Below the pieces are notes generated by a model. It did not search any database, was not told where the DNA came from, and saw only the letters and a list, made by a program, of their open reading frames with translations. DNA of 64,000 nt from Octopus sinensis (taxonomy: Eukaryota), in NCBI RefSeq assembly GCF_006345805.1, contig NC_043002.1:12090001-12154000 (forward strand), in the 5' to 3' direction. The position numbers and the translations under genes were made by a program. This document shows, piece after piece, positions 1 to 12,941 of the stretch. How positions within the stretch are numbered: the stretch's first letter is position 1; each line of letters begins with the position of its first letter.

Positions 1-25
1 ACAGACAGACAGATAGATGACAGAC

Positions 26-104
<79 letters not shown>

Positions 105-105
105 G
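1..105. repeat. (GATA)n/(GACA)n microsatellite
   Basis: Direct tandem tetranucleotide repeat. Confidence 0.95.
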
Positions 106-847
106 GGATGGCCAGGTACATATGTACGTAGGGAGAGATAGATAGATATCTGTGTCAATCACGCAGCCTAGCATACGGCAGTGTACAAATGTCTGTCTAT
201 ATATATGCATGTGTGTGTGCGTGTTGTGTGTGTGTGTGTGTGTGGTTGGGTGTCTTTGTACGTATATGTGTGAACCTCTGTGCTTGCGTATGTAATACTG
301 AATGTGTGTACGTACGGTTGTCTCTGAGTCTCGCTCTCAAATCTTATCTCTGAAAATCAATCAGTCTACCTATTTATGAAACAACGCATGTGTATAAAAT
401 CCTCTGAATGTGTATGTATATGTATGTGTGTTTGTGCACGTGTGTGTGCGTGTATGACTTCATGCGTGTGTATATAAAAACAGTGCGTGTGTTAGTATTT
501 GTGTGTTATAATAAATGTATATGAGCGTATATAAAGATGATTTATATAAATATATATATTAATAATTTCTATATGGATCCTATGATACACACACACATAT
601 ATATATTCACACATATATGAATATCTAAATGAATGAACGTATGTATATTATATACGTATGCATGTGTCTCATTATCATATCTTTTATATATATATAATAT
701 ATATATAACAACACACATACATATAGAAACTTATGTATATATATGTATAAAAATATATATAAATATAAATATATCTACACATACATGCTTATAGTTATAT
801 CTATAAATATATATATATATATACACACGTTTCATATGTATAATATG

Positions 848-887
<40 letters not shown>

Positions 888-1195
888 GATATATATATAT
901 ATATATAATATATATATATATATATCATATTAGCAATTAAGGACAACTACTTAATAAGGAAACTTAACAAGAAATTGTCAGGTAGATAGCGTGAAAACCT
1001 CATAAGAGAAAAAATTTCGAAAATAATTATTTCTTATTGAACATATTAATTTATATATAGAGGGCATTATACATACATGCCAGATGGCATTATACATACA
1101 TGCCACACGCTAAGAGGGACAATTAGTCATTTCTACCAAAAATATTACTAATCCCACCGAATGCAATTCTTCAAAGTAAGACATTTAAAAATATA

Positions 1196-1241
1196 GACCT
1201 GTATCACCGTGATTTCATACTTACGTATTCATCAGTAGGCC
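1196..1241 (-). ncRNA. Type I hammerhead ribozyme motif (left arm)
   Basis: Minus strand GGCCTA CTGATGA ATAC-GTAA-GTAT GAAA TCAC-G-GTGA TA CAGGTC: canonical core and stems II/III; stem I has one junction mismatch. Confidence 0.7.
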
Positions 1242-1289
1242 TGGATGTATCATACATAAAGGGTCGTTTATGTATGATACATCCAGGCC

Positions 1290-1329
1290 TTGCTGATGAA
1301 TACGTAAGTATGAAATCACGGTGATACAA
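1290..1329 (+). ncRNA. Type I hammerhead ribozyme motif (right arm)
   Basis: TTG CTGATGA ATAC-GTAA-GTAT GAAA TCAC-G-GTGA TA CAA: intact core, AUA cleavage triplet, 3-bp stem I. Confidence 0.75.
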
Positions 1330-1513
1330 TACAGTATATATTTTTTAAATGTCTTACTTTGAAGAATGCATTCGGTGGGTTAGTAATATTTTTGGTAGAG
1401 AAAATGACTAATTGTCCCTCTTAGCGTGTGGCATGTATGTATATGCCATTTGGCATGTATGTATAATGCCCTATATATATAAATTTATATATATATATAT
1501 ATATATATATAGA

Positions 1514-1571
<58 letters not shown>

Positions 1572-2139
1572 CATATATATATATATACATATGTAGTTAG
1601 TGCATATGTATATGATATATATCGTCATATCATATTTATCAGGCTGTGTATATTTATGTATGTACTTATGTTTTGATATGCATATGTACTTACTCCGTCT
1701 ATATGTATACATGGCCGTTATCAATCTGGAGCCCCCTAATATGGGGAGCGCACGTACGTACGATGCTTATATAAATGCACACATATACGTAAGTGCACAT
1801 AAAAACATATACATATACATACACATAGAGATACATATGGATGCACACATACACATACATGCGCACACGCACAAACATGCAAACATGGAGGAAGATGTGC
1901 AGTATAAAGGGAAACTGACACACCACCACCAACAACAACAACAGCAACACTACGACGATCAACATTAATAACAACAGCAAGAACAACATCATCACAATCA
2001 ACTAGAGCAACAACAACAACTGCAACAACTACGGCGACGACAGCGACAACAATATCCAAGATTATGATGATTATCGTGATGATGATGAAGATGGAGGTGG
2101 TGGGGGTTGATGTTGGTGATGGTGAGAGTAATATTGACA

Positions 2140-2205
2140 ATCACAACAATACATAATGATTATTATGCTAAAGACGACGACGATGAAGTTGATGACGATG
2201 ATGAC

Positions 2206-2238
<33 letters not shown>

Positions 2239-2455
2239 AGTAACAGTTATGATGATAATGCCGATGATGATGATGATGATGATGGTGCTGATGATGATGA
2301 GAAAGAAAAAGATGACGGTGGCAATTATGATGATGACAATTATAATAAAAATAAAATGATAATGACAACAACAACAACAACAATAATAATAATAATAATA
2401 ATAACAATAATAATAATAATGATGATGATGATGATGATAATAATAATAATAACAA

Positions 2456-2514
<59 letters not shown>

Positions 2515-2540
2515 TATTATTATTATTATTATTATAGTGC
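2140..2540. repeat. (GAT)n/(AAT)n/(TAT)n trinucleotide cluster
   Basis: Direct trinucleotide repeats; source of the poly-D, poly-I and poly-L pseudo-ORFs. Confidence 0.9.
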
Positions 2541-2979
2541 TTACATCTGCTTGAAACCTAAGAGTATGTGTGTCTGTGTATGAATTCTCCTGAGGGCATC
2601 CAATATCTATCTTCAGGTTTTTGGTTCTTTAGCTATCAGGAATCTGTCCTCAAGGTAAAAGACAAACGAAGAGGTTCCAGCGATATGGAGAGATAGGGAG
2701 TAAGAGATAAGAAGAGATTTACAGACAAAGAGATAGAGAGTAAGAGATAAGAAGAACACGTAGAAAGAGAGAGAGAGAGGGGGAGATGAGAGAGAGAGGT
2801 GTAGGATGAGGAAGTTAGAAGAGGGAGATTGAAAAATGTAGATATTAAAATAGTGCAGAAGAGCAAGGGTTGGTAAGAGAGTCAGAAAGAGAGAGAGAGA
2901 GAGAGTACGGAAGGAAGAAGAGTGAAGGAGAAAGACAAAGTAATATTATGTGAAAGGGAAGGTACGATGTACGAAATAT

Positions 2980-3015
<36 letters not shown>

Positions 3016-4037
3016 TATATATATATATATAATATATTAATAAATAAAATAAAACATATGCATATATATAAACATATATCCGTAATCATATTATATGTCA
3101 TATAAATACATGTTCTCATTGTACGCATTTACGTATGTATATATATATATATATATATATATAGATATATATATATATATATATATATATCGTATATATA
3201 TATATATATAAGTATTATATATATATTATATATTTATGCATAAACTATGTGCGTGTGCGTGTGTGTGTGTTTACTATATATATATATATCACACAACAAC
3301 ACACACATTACATACATGTGTATAGTGAAAGATACAGAAAAGAGGGTTTTGTTGCCGTCATCAGATTCAGATGCAATGTATTTCCACTCATCCACACACA
3401 CAAACATAAACATTGAAAGAGAAAGAGAGAGAGAGACAGAGAGAAAGAGAGAGGGAGAAAGAGAGAGAGAGAGAGAAGAGACGGGAGGGAGAGTAGAGCA
3501 GATTTGAAGATATTGAATAGGGGAAAAGGGACGGAGAAATGAATATTAGATATGAAGAGAGATAAAAGGGAGATAAATGATTAGATGTACTGATGGGTTT
3601 AGACAAAATCTGTGGCGGCGAAGTTGATGGCGGTGGTGATATTGCTAGTGATGATGATGATGATGATGATGAGATGATGATGATTACAATGATAGTGGTG
3701 GTGGTGATGATTATGATGATGATGGGGATGATGATGACAGTGTCGACATCGAGGAAAAAGGACGATGGCGATGATAGTGATGACGTGGATGAGGTTTCTT
3801 GGTGATTCTGGTGATTCGATGATTAAGTTTGTACAATCACGATTATGATGATGACGATGAAGAGGAGGAGAAAGTCTACGTTGTCGTTGTTGTTGAAGAT
3901 GACGGTTATGATAATATCGTCGACAAAACCTCCTCCTCCTCCTCCTTCTTCTTCTTCTTCTTCTTCTTCTTCTTCTTCTTCTTCTCTTATTATTATAATT
4001 ATTATTATTATATTATTATTATATTATTATTATATTA

Positions 4038-4068
<31 letters not shown>

Positions 4069-4094
4069 TATTATCATTATGATTATTGTTATAT

Positions 4095-4258
4095 AAGGTT
4101 TCTAGTTGGCAGAATCGTTAACATTCTGGGGAAAATACTTAGCGGCATTTCATTCGTCTTTACGTTTTAATTTCATAATCCGCCGATGTCGACTTTGCTT
4201 TTCATCCTTTCTGGGTCGATAAATTAAGTACCAGTTGCGTCCTGAGGTTGATCTAATC
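4095..4258 (+). mobile_element. tRNA-derived SINE, family A (diverged)
   Basis: TTGGCAGAATCGTTA head and GTCGACTTTGC..TTCATCCTTT..GGGTCGATAAATTAAGTACCAGTT body match copies at 48.7 kb and 62.7-63.5 kb. Confidence 0.75.
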
Positions 4259-4290
4259 AGGCAATGGGCTTATAGTAAAATGGATTATTA

Positions 4291-4330
<40 letters not shown>

Positions 4331-4522
4331 TTTATGACTGAGTGCGAGAGCAGTGCATCCCATCAAAGTGACACTAGAGTAAAAAATACGAAGACCAGTA
4401 TACACATCATGACTACCCGTTTGATAAAGGTATACCATGCACATGCATCACAACCAAGACCTCTCTCCTAAAACTTCAGGCCTTGTACCTAGAGTAGGAC
4501 GTATTATTATTTAGATCTTATT

Positions 4523-4742
4523 AAGGTGGCACGCTTCCGCAATCGTTACCCACGCCGAGCGAAATGTTTAGCAGCATGTCGTCTCTGTCTTGGCGTTCTA
4601 AATTTGAATATCTCCGAGATCTACTTTGCCTTTCCTCCATTCGGAGTCGATGAAACAAGTACCAGTTGAAGAATGGTGTCGAAGTAATAGACTAGATTCC
4701 TTCCTCTAAACTTCAGGCCTTATACTTATTGCAGAAATTACT
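4523..4742 (+). mobile_element. tRNA-derived SINE, family A (diverged)
   Basis: Same head, body and AAACTTCAGGCCTT tail as the other family A copies. Confidence 0.7.
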
Positions 4743-4749
4743 TTTTTAT

Positions 4750-5310
4750 TATTGAAGACGGCTACATGGCAGGGTCCGTAGTTGACGGAGAAAATGTGCT
4801 GCTTTTTGCAAGACATCAATCTTGCATGGGATTTGCAGTTGCTTTAAGAAGTCTTGAGGTATCAATGAGATTGAGCCCAAAGCTCTAATCACTACAGGTA
4901 TCACTTTTACATTACCCTCTCGCATTCCATACAGTCTTGCCATTTCCACTTTCAATTCGGAGTACTTGGTGATTTTTACTTAACCTCTTTATTCACATCA
5001 TTCATGTCATTTGGTATGGCTACATCAATGATCTGACAGTATTTGTCTTCAGATTCTTTGCATTTCTTACAATGTCGATAAAATAAAGTCTTACTGAGGT
5101 TATTGTTTCGATGAAATCGACTTTCACCGCTTTTGTTAAAAACACTAGCTTTGTGCCAAATTTATAAAAGACAATAGCAAAATGACTGAGAATAAGTGGG
5201 CCTAGTCTGAAAAGGATTTCTCAAGTAGGAGGTAAAAAGCTGACAGTGAATATCGCTGATGTCTTGCCGATAGCAGAGTAATCCTGAATTCTTTCTGACT
5301 GGTTTTGCCC
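4750..5310 (-). mobile_element. 3' fragment of an RLE-type (R4/Dong-like) non-LTR retrotransposon, decayed
   Basis: Minus frames give IIDVAIPND..KITKYSELKVEMARLY..KVIPVVIRALG, paralleling IDVSIP..KYKDLEIEV..IPIIVGALG of the 22-25 kb element; ends in a TAA-rich tail. Confidence 0.8.
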
Positions 5311-6049
5311 AAAATGCTCTACGTAGAATGCTCCTTAATTGAGCTATCTATTTATTTATCTATTTATTTATTTATTTATTTGTTTTTCCGTACATATCTT
5401 TTGTTATATTCTTGTTATAATAATAATAACAGAAATCATTCTTTTTCTTCTTCACCCCTCCTCCACGTCGTCGTCGTCATTGTTTGGGTTTTGCTTTAAC
5501 CTATACGAGTTGTACCCAAGTCTCAACTAGAGACGACAAGGGCTGACAAAGTTTTGCATCTGAAAATACTAACAGGAGAGATGCATGACAAATGAAAATA
5601 CTGAAATCTTCAGAAGAAAAAAAAATACAGTGATTGAATTTGCGTTGGCATAGAGAAGCTAATACGTAGCTCCTGTAAGTATGGTTTTTGTAAATCGCTT
5701 AATTCGAGGTGCTCAGGGATTATATCTATATCCGTATTTGCCTCTTTTGATATCATTCCATTTCCAAGTGCCCCAATAATAATAGCTAGTGTCGTTGTTT
5801 TGAGATGCTACAGCTGGCGGGGGTGATTGCCTCCCCTTCGCAAATATAAGGACACAGAAAATGTGTCAAAGCCGACAGGAGACGTCGACGTTTCCTAGGG
5901 CTAAATGGCGGTGGTGTAATTCCCTTACGGGACTGTCACATTGAGTTGACAGTATACAAACACTATATCTGAGACATTTAGAAATTCAATATTTCTAATT
6001 ATTATTATTATCATTATTATTATTATTACTATTATTATTATTTCATCAT

Positions 6050-6420
6050 CGTCATCATCATCAAGGCAGCAACAGTATCATGTTGATGAGAAATCATGAT
6101 GATGACATCGGCAATGATGTCAGTGGTGGTTTCATTATGGCGTCTACTGTTGGTACGACAAGGCTCACTAACTATGAAGACGGTGACGGCAACGACGAAC
6201 ACCACCACCACCGCTTGCACGACAACGATGAGGACGATGAGCAGGATCATCATCATCATCATCATCATCACCACCACCACCACCACCACCACCACCACCG
6301 CCGCCACCATCACCATCACCATCATCATCATCATCATGCTAATGATGATTATGTTGATCGTAATCGCGATGATCAAATTTATGACGACGTTGATCGTGAT
6401 GATCACGAATGAACATGATG
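6050..6420. repeat. (CAT)n/(CAC)n/(GAT)n low-complexity tract
   Basis: Direct trinucleotide repeats. Confidence 0.85.
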
Positions 6421-6855
6421 AATACGCGGGGATGAATATGGCGCTCGATATAGGCGACAAGCATTCGCCGATTATGAACAAGATGAAAGTAAACGTGAGA
6501 TAATAACGATAAGACAAAGCAGCCAATGAGAGAGAAACGATAAAATTTTGTGGAAGAGATAAAGCTGAAAATGTAGGGGAGATCAGATAAGGAGAGATGC
6601 AGGATCCAAGTCATGGCGGCCTTGACAGTAACTGTATTCGCAGTTCTCAGACAATATTTTACTGAGCGAATGCTGTATCCTCTCTATGTATCTGTGTGTA
6701 TTTCTCGAGATAGATTTCTGCGTGTGTGTAATACTCTCTCTCTATATATATATATATGAATACATCTCCCTCTCTGTCTGTCAGTCTCTCGCTTTCTCTC
6801 TCTGTCTGTCTATCTGTCCGTCTCTTTCTCTCTCTAAATATATATAGCTATCTTT

Positions 6856-6927
<72 letters not shown>

Positions 6928-6967
6928 TTATCTATCTATCTATATATCTATCTATCTATCTATCTAC

Positions 6968-6999
<32 letters not shown>

Positions 7000-7609
7000 A
7001 TATATATATCTATCTACCTCTATAGCTATGTAGGTATTTATCTGTACAGACACACGCAAGCACACGCACATATACAGACGTATTCACATGTATATTTATA
7101 TAATTATATGCACACACACACACAAACACAAACACACGCACACACTCTTACGCAAGTATGTATGTATGTATGTATGCATGTATGCATGTATGTATGTATG
7201 CATGTATGTATGCATGTATGTATGTATGTATGTATGTATGTATGTATGTATGTATGTATATTCTTGTATAATTGCGCAAGTATCTGTGTTTGTAGGGTAT
7301 GCTATACCTGCGAGTGTCTGTGTGTATGTATGCGTGTGTTTGTGCGTGAATATTCGTGTATATACACGTGTGTTCTGTATGATTGTGTGTTTATGTGTGA
7401 GAAGGGTGCGCGCGCTCGTAAAATCTCATCTCCATCACTTCCCACCACAATGATTCGATTTCCATCGAAACATTTCCACTTAAAATTATAGCTTAAATGG
7501 TTGAGTATTCCCAACATGTCTACTCTTAACGTAAATCCTCAGGCGGATTCAGCATGATCAGAATTGTTAGAAGGCTGCGCGTCTGACACACCTCGGCAAT
7601 CATCTAAGC

Positions 7610-7920
7610 CAGTGGTTCTCAAACTATCTGATGCGACGTACTGCCAGTTGTCTTTTCCAATGTGCCAGAGACCGGCAATAATTCTTAGTAATATTATTTA
7701 ATACCGGAAACAATATATATAATGAATATAATAAAAGTTGACAATTTTCTTTTATATTATATATTTTGTAAACAAATCATACAATATTTCATAGGCATTT
7801 TATAAGCATGTTATAAACATTTTATAATGTTTCATTATTTTCTGGAAACTCGCCGCGTGCCGGCAGCTGGTGGCTAGCGGGCAGGTATCGGTCCGCGGAG
7901 CATCACTTTGAGTAGCACTG
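7610..7920. mobile_element. hAT (Charlie-type) MITE with 8-bp TSD
   Basis: TIRs CAGTGGTTCTCAAA ... TTTGAGTAGCACTG; flanks ATCTAAGC (7602-7609) and ATATAAGC (7921-7928), 7/8 identical. Confidence 0.85.
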
Positions 7921-7999
7921 ATATAAGCTATTTCCGTCAATCTTATACAGAATACCTAAGGCGACTCGAGACTATGGCGACGATATTTTCTCAAACTGC

Positions 8000-8400
8000 C
8001 ATTCTCTGAAACCATTCCCTCATGAATGAGAGGAAAATTTTCTAACCATTTAGAATATGCTGCTTCCGTACATGGGTAAAGACCTCCCTCTGTATATAGG
8101 TAAAAACCAGAGGATTACACATAGGAAGTTCCACTTCCCAGGAACAAGTCCGGGTAAAGTTGCTTATGGAAGATCAGCAGTCGCCCATGCATGAAACCCC
8201 TCCCCATGCCAAGAGAAAGGTAACAACAGATACAGCTTAGCACCAGAGACATCGGAACACATTTCTACAGATGAGTGAACTGGAAGAACGCGAAATAAAG
8301 TGCCTTGCTCAAGAACACAATACAAAACCCGATCCCGGAAATTGAACCAGCTACCTCATGATTGTGAGCGCGACGCTCTAACCACTGAGCCATGCACCTT
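8000..8400 (-). mobile_element. tRNA-derived SINE (family C)
   Basis: Minus head GGTGCATGGCTCAGTGGTTAGAGCG...GGTTCAATTTCC (A and B boxes) followed by a CORE-like TTGAGCAAGGCACTTTATTTC block. Confidence 0.75.
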
Positions 8401-9234
8401 CATTATATAACGTTTTATTGTTTTACTTGTTTCAGTGATATGACCGCGGCCATGTGGAGCTACGACATTGGAGGGTTGTAGTTGAACCAAGTGACTCCAA
8501 TACTCATTTTTTCTTGAATCTTTTACTTATTATATCGGTCCCATTTGCGCGCGTGTGTGTGAAATAGAGAGAGAGAGGAAAAGAGAGAGAGAGAGAGAGA
8601 GAGATACAAAGAGATTACATTTGTGAGTGTGTGGGTGGGGGTGTATGCTATTTATTTGCAGTTTTGCACTGCGAGACATTACCTGCATCAGCTGTCGACC
8701 GGAGTGGAGGAGCAGATATGTTTCGACACCCTCTCACAGTTTTGCTTCTTCTTGCGATTGTTATTGAAGCTGTAGATATTCTAGAGTAATCTTTGTCGGA
8801 TCACTTTCGTAAAGAGATATATAACATTTGATTGATGGTGATGATGGTGGCGATAAAGCGTGATGGGTTGCTTATTTGTTTATCTCTTTAAGAATATCAA
8901 CAAACATCAGAGGATTTGGAATAATAATTATCATTTGTGACAGCTGTTTCGGGTAGCGAAGATATATACCGCAGAAAGCAGTTTAGCCATGCAATTGTTA
9001 CAGTTTGAGTCTTAGTGAAACCTTAACCAGTTCTTGTAGTCCATGGCAAACAATAGCTGATGGAATTCCACGCCTAATGTTTTTTTTTTTCATTTTTCTT
9101 TCATTTCAGAGGAAGTAAGACTATGCAATAAAACGGAGAATTGCTTTATCATTAAAGGTAGCATAGGCGCGCTCACACACATGCACACACACACACACAT
9201 AAACACGCAGCACGCATACACACTCACACAAGTT

Positions 9235-9331
9235 CGCGTTGCAGCAACATGGTGTCTTCTACCATAGCCTCGGGCCGATCAAACCCTACTGAGTGGATTT
9301 GGTAGACGGAAACTGAAAGAAGACCGTCGTA

Positions 9332-9426
<95 letters not shown>

Positions 9427-9605
9427 ATGCCTGTGCTTGTTCCCCCAACATCGCTTGATAATTTAGTGGTTCGGGAGAAAAGAGACCGATAGAACCAGTA
9501 CCAGGCATGTGAAGAATATGTCTCTATGCAGATTTGCCCGACTAAAGGTGGTGCTCCAGCATGGCTGCAGTCGAATGACTGAAACAAATAAAAAAATAAA
9601 AGACC
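9235..9605 (+). mobile_element. SINE family B (CORE-like, internal (TG)n), head eroded
   Basis: GTCTTCTACCATAGCC..GAGTGGATTTGGTAGACGGAAACTGAAAGAAG, (TG)n, then GGTGCTCCAGCATGGCTGCAGTC..TGACTGAAACAA tail. Confidence 0.8.
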
Positions 9606-9699
9606 ATATGTATATACATAATTGTGTGTGTGTGTATGATGTGTATATATATATGTATGTATATATACATACATATATGTATGTATGAGTGTGTTTGTG

Positions 9700-9751
<52 letters not shown>

Positions 9752-10055
9752 TGTATATATACAACACACACATGTGTGTATAAGTGTGTGAGTATACTTA
9801 TATGTGTGTCTGTGTTTGTGTGTGTGTGTGTGCGTGTTTGTGTATAATGAGACAACAAAACCAAGGCTGTGGGGAATTTATAAATTCCACGCAACCTTGG
9901 TTTGTTGTATCATCTTATTTAACATATACATGTTCACAGAAGACCCACATTAAACTCCTCGCTCGTAATAGTATCGAACCGAGAGTCTAACTACGGTCCC
10001 CTCGTAGCACTTACATAGCCTTAGCTGCCCCCTTGGGTCTTCTGGATACTAATAC

Positions 10056-10112
<57 letters not shown>

Positions 10113-10126
10113 ATAATAAATAAATT

Positions 10127-10158
<32 letters not shown>

Positions 10159-10261
10159 ATAATAAATAAATAAATATATATATTATATATATATAATAAA
10201 TAAATAAATAAATATATATATATATATTCTACACTTACATTTATTCTTCTCTTCTTTCTCT

Positions 10262-10476
10262 CGTTTCAGTCATTTCACTGCTGCCATGTTGGAGCACCGC
10301 ACTTAATTCGAAGAAATCAACCCCAGGAATTATACTTTGTAAGCCTGGTACTTATTCTATGCGGAACAGCATGGGTTGTCAAGCAGTGGCAGGGGTCAAA
10401 CGCAGACACAAGTACACGCACACACTCACACACACACACCCACACAAACACTCACACACACACACACATACAAACA

Positions 10477-10528
<52 letters not shown>

Positions 10529-10625
10529 TATATATACGACGTGCTTCTTTCAGTTTCCGTCTACGAAATCCAGTCAAGTGACTTTGGTTGGTGCAAGGCT
10601 ATAGTAGAAGACTCTTGCCCAAGTT
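10262..10625 (-). mobile_element. SINE family B
   Basis: Reverse complement of the 9.2-9.6 kb and 41.1-41.5 kb copies with internal (CA)n. Confidence 0.8.
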
Positions 10626-11583
10626 AAATATTATGAGATTGCAGCTGCACACAGGCATCTTCCGATGGAACGGGTGTCATTGTTAATGTTCCTAATTATA
10701 TTATACAGTAGCAAACGCACCCTTTCTCCGGACGTTTTGCTTTGGTGGTATTTTATTCACCAAAAAAATTTGAACTACCGAGAAGGTTTATGAGTAACTC
10801 GGCAATCTAAGTTTCCGATTAACCTAGGAACGGCAAATGAAGTTGAAGGCTGGTTATTGTGGAGGCCTTTGCACTTTGATTATCATAGAACATATAAGTT
10901 TGCAAGCGATGTAAAGTAGAACTATTGAAGTATTTTGGGAGTAAAGTACAGATAATGACTACAAAACATAGTTGTTTTACATGAAAGTTAAATTTCTTGT
11001 CAGAAACAGCCATATAAATGGTGTAAATGTAAGGAAATTGAAGGAAGACGTTGAAACTTCCCATCTGCGAGTTTATTTTTTTCAACAGCAAAGGGGGCTA
11101 TTTTTTTTTTTCGAAGATATAAGCTAACAAAAATCCTTTTATTCTCTCTTCTCATATTGCCTGCGCATAAACTAACACCAAATGTGGCATAAAGTTAAAT
11201 TGGTATGCAGCGTTCTGTAAGATACGTGTAGCTTTTACTAGTGGAACAAACTCTTATTTAAAGGTTGATTTTTGGGGGACGAACCATAGGTGATTGTTTA
11301 AAAAGGGCGAGAACGACAATGCTAAAACGTATTTGAAATTATGCACAATAGTCGAAATATCATAATGGATGGGTAAATAAGAATCCTTAAAGTGAAACAA
11401 AGGTATGAAAGGTAAACAAAGGTATCAACAAATATAAGAGAGGGAAGAGAACATCACCTTTCAAGTGACTCGGAATAGGTAAAGGTAAGCTTGCCAAAGT
11501 TTAATGCAGTTTAAATATGTAGATTTAGTTTGGTATTGGATATTCCATCGTGTACAGTGTTCCTAGTCAATTGAAGCATTGTC

Positions 11584-12082
11584 ATAGGTGGACAGCGGAA
11601 CTAAATAGACAATCTTTTCACTTTTCTAAAAAGATTTAAAAAGTATGGAAGACCCTACAGAGAAAAATCTGTCCCACTACGCGGGAGGTCTGGACAAAAT
11701 GTTACAGTGCGTGACCATCGTTGAGACATAAGTAATGTGTGTGTAAGATTTGGTGAAAATTGGTTGAGAATTGTGGAAATGTAAGCGTTAGTCATTATTC
11801 ACACACATACATACTGTGATTTATATAGGTGGACAGTGGAAATAGACAAAATCCTTTCATTTTTAAATAAAAAAATTAAACATGTATGGAAAACCTTACT
11901 TACAAAAAATTATGTCCATTTACGCCCATTTACGCGGGAGCTCTGGGCAAAATGTTTAATGCATGACCATCCTTGGGACATAAGTAATGTGTGTGTAAAG
12001 TTAGGTGAAAATCGGTTGAGAATTGTGGAAATGTATGCGTTAGTCATTATACACACACATACTGCAATTTATATATACTAGA
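11584..12082 (-). mobile_element. Two tandem ~241-bp 5' portions of a non-autonomous Helitron-like element
   Basis: ATAGGTGGACAG recurs at 11584 and 11825. The minus strand starts A|TCTAGTATATATAAA..GTGTGTGT..TCAACCGATTTTCACC..TTTACACACAC, like the 39.9-kb element. Confidence 0.6.
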
Positions 12083-12795
12083 TAATGTATATCCAGTAAG
12101 TAGACATATACTGGAATTATGCAAGCAAAAGTAGATAGTTAGGAATTGACGGTAGAATGATGTAGATTTGGTGGTTGAATGATGTAGAATTGACGGCAGA
12201 GTTGAATATGGAATGATGTGTTAATAACACAAACTACAGTGTGGGTATGAGCTTGTATGTTTGCGATTGTTTGTGCGTGCATGTATTTTTACGAATTGAT
12301 GCATATAATCTGTAGATTGCACAATATTATTTTCGCTGCACGTGAAAATGTAAACTCATCACTGGGATTCATAACATTAAATAAGATCGCTAATTAACAC
12401 ATCTACAGATATGTCGTTGCGTTTTGTTTTATATAACTAATTGATTGTTGACACTGTATCGTAATTTTAATTATATTCCTTCTCATATATTTCACTTTCT
12501 CTGTTTTCCCCCAATGTCTAGATAACAGCGGCAAGTTTGGGCGATATTTCGTCAAAAAAAAAAAAAGAAAATCACACAAATAACAAAAACAAAGCGAATA
12601 CATTATATATTCTTTATTCTGTCCAATGTATTCGCATTTGTTATGCATAAAATTGATCTAAATTATTGCCCTTTGAGAATTTCTTCAAAAGTAATTCTGA
12701 AGTTTTGTTAAAGTTATGCATTTTCCAGAAACGCTAATAAAAATATTTGATAGAGAAAAGTTTGACGAAATAACGGGAAAAATATTTTTCCAACT

Positions 12796-12831
<36 letters not shown>

Positions 12832-12902
12832 TCATTCGTTCTTTCTTTCTTTTATCCCTATCTTTTTCCCTATCCCTTTTCTTTCTTTCTTCCTTTCTTC
12901 CT

Positions 12903-12941
<39 letters not shown>

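Larger units (their letters stand above)
1061..1472. mobile_element. Foldback (palindromic) element, ~200-bp arms around a 6-nt centre, flanked by (TA)n
   Basis: 1061-1260 is the near-exact reverse complement of 1267-1472; centre GGGTCG. Confidence 0.9.

Noticed and set aside
6080-6412. His/Asp-rich ORF suggesting a metal-binding peptide
   Set aside because: Explained by (CAT/CAC/GAT)n; similar tracts occur at 2.1, 3.7 and 22.2 kb.
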